Origin: a virus
Virus record (IMG/VR): IMGVR_UViG_3300042402_003740
Coordinates: 28,328-92,327 of that record
Direction: 5' to 3' (one strand)
Length of the DNA stretch: 64,000 bases
Below are positions 63,685 to 64,000 of the stretch, piece after piece. Both the position numbers and the translations under genes were made by a program. The notes under the pieces are model-generated. The model was not told where the DNA came from and did no database searches. It worked only from the letters and a program-made list of their open reading frames with translations. How positions within the stretch are numbered: the first letter of the stretch is position 1; every line of letters starts with the position of its first letter.

Positions 63685-64000
63685 TCAGAATATATCATCT
63701 TCGGTAAGAATGATAAATTCCCATCCTCTCTCTTTGGCAAATGCTCTCGCCGCATCCCATTTTTCTTGATTCACAGCCCATGTTGCAGACTCATATATGT
63801 AGTTTCTTTTCTGATTTTTTGATGGATTTGGATTTATCTTTGGCTCACGGCATTGCTTTTTGGGTTTTATCTCTATAAGAGTTACCTTTTTCACTCCGTT
63901 GGCATCTTTGCTTTCGATAATAAAATCCACAAAATACTTGTGGATTTTTTGATCTATTGGTGATCTATATGGTATTGCAACCTCTTCTGATGCCCACTTT
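63685..64000 (-). CDS. 4: T4 gp4-like head completion nuclease (partial)
   Basis: KWASEEVAIPYRSPIDQKIHKYFVDF...LIEIKPKKQ...VNQEKWDAA...FIILTEDDIF. Confidence 0.92.
   Translation of the reverse strand, partial: KWASEEVAIPYRSPIDQKIHKYFVDFIIESKDANGVKKVTLIEIKPKKQCREPKINPNPSKNQKRNYIYESATWAVNQEKWDAARAFAKERGWEFIILTEDDIF

Overview
Segment of a large lytic T4-like myophage genome. Recognisable core genes are gp32, gp59, gp33, a Cas4-like exonuclease, CobS/CobT-like genes, gp26/gp51-like, gp54-like, gp2 and gp4. The host is probably a freshwater Planctomycetota (Phycisphaerales-style dockerin), which is inference. Layout: (i) 1-15 kb two giant AT-rich virion-protein genes flanking a minus-strand gp33-gp59-gp32-tmRNA-4 tRNA block; (ii) 17-30 kb minus-strand island of late genes, most with T4 internal-protein-like N-terminal capsid-targeting peptides, encoding three R-S-E ADP-ribosyltransferase-like proteins, a Nudix hydrolase, two paralogous PD-(D/E)XK nucleases and apparent protease-processed polyproteins; (iii) 31-46 kb GC-rich plus-strand early region with sigma70-type promoters, a repeated compound upstream DNA element, a family of 8 divergent proteins sharing an AR-x-x-W-x-x-L-x-x-x-G helix, a tRNA-like RNA and a structured RNA; (iv) 47-59 kb auxiliary genes plus 12 tRNAs, including unusual Ser(ACT), Ile(TAT) and short-arm Leu(CAA); (v) 59-64 kb tail/head genes with a probable -1 frameshift joining gp26 to the gp51-like ORF upstream of a tape-measure-like gene. 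AGCT, ACGT and CGCG appear to be avoided throughout. All calls were made by eye; no searches were run.
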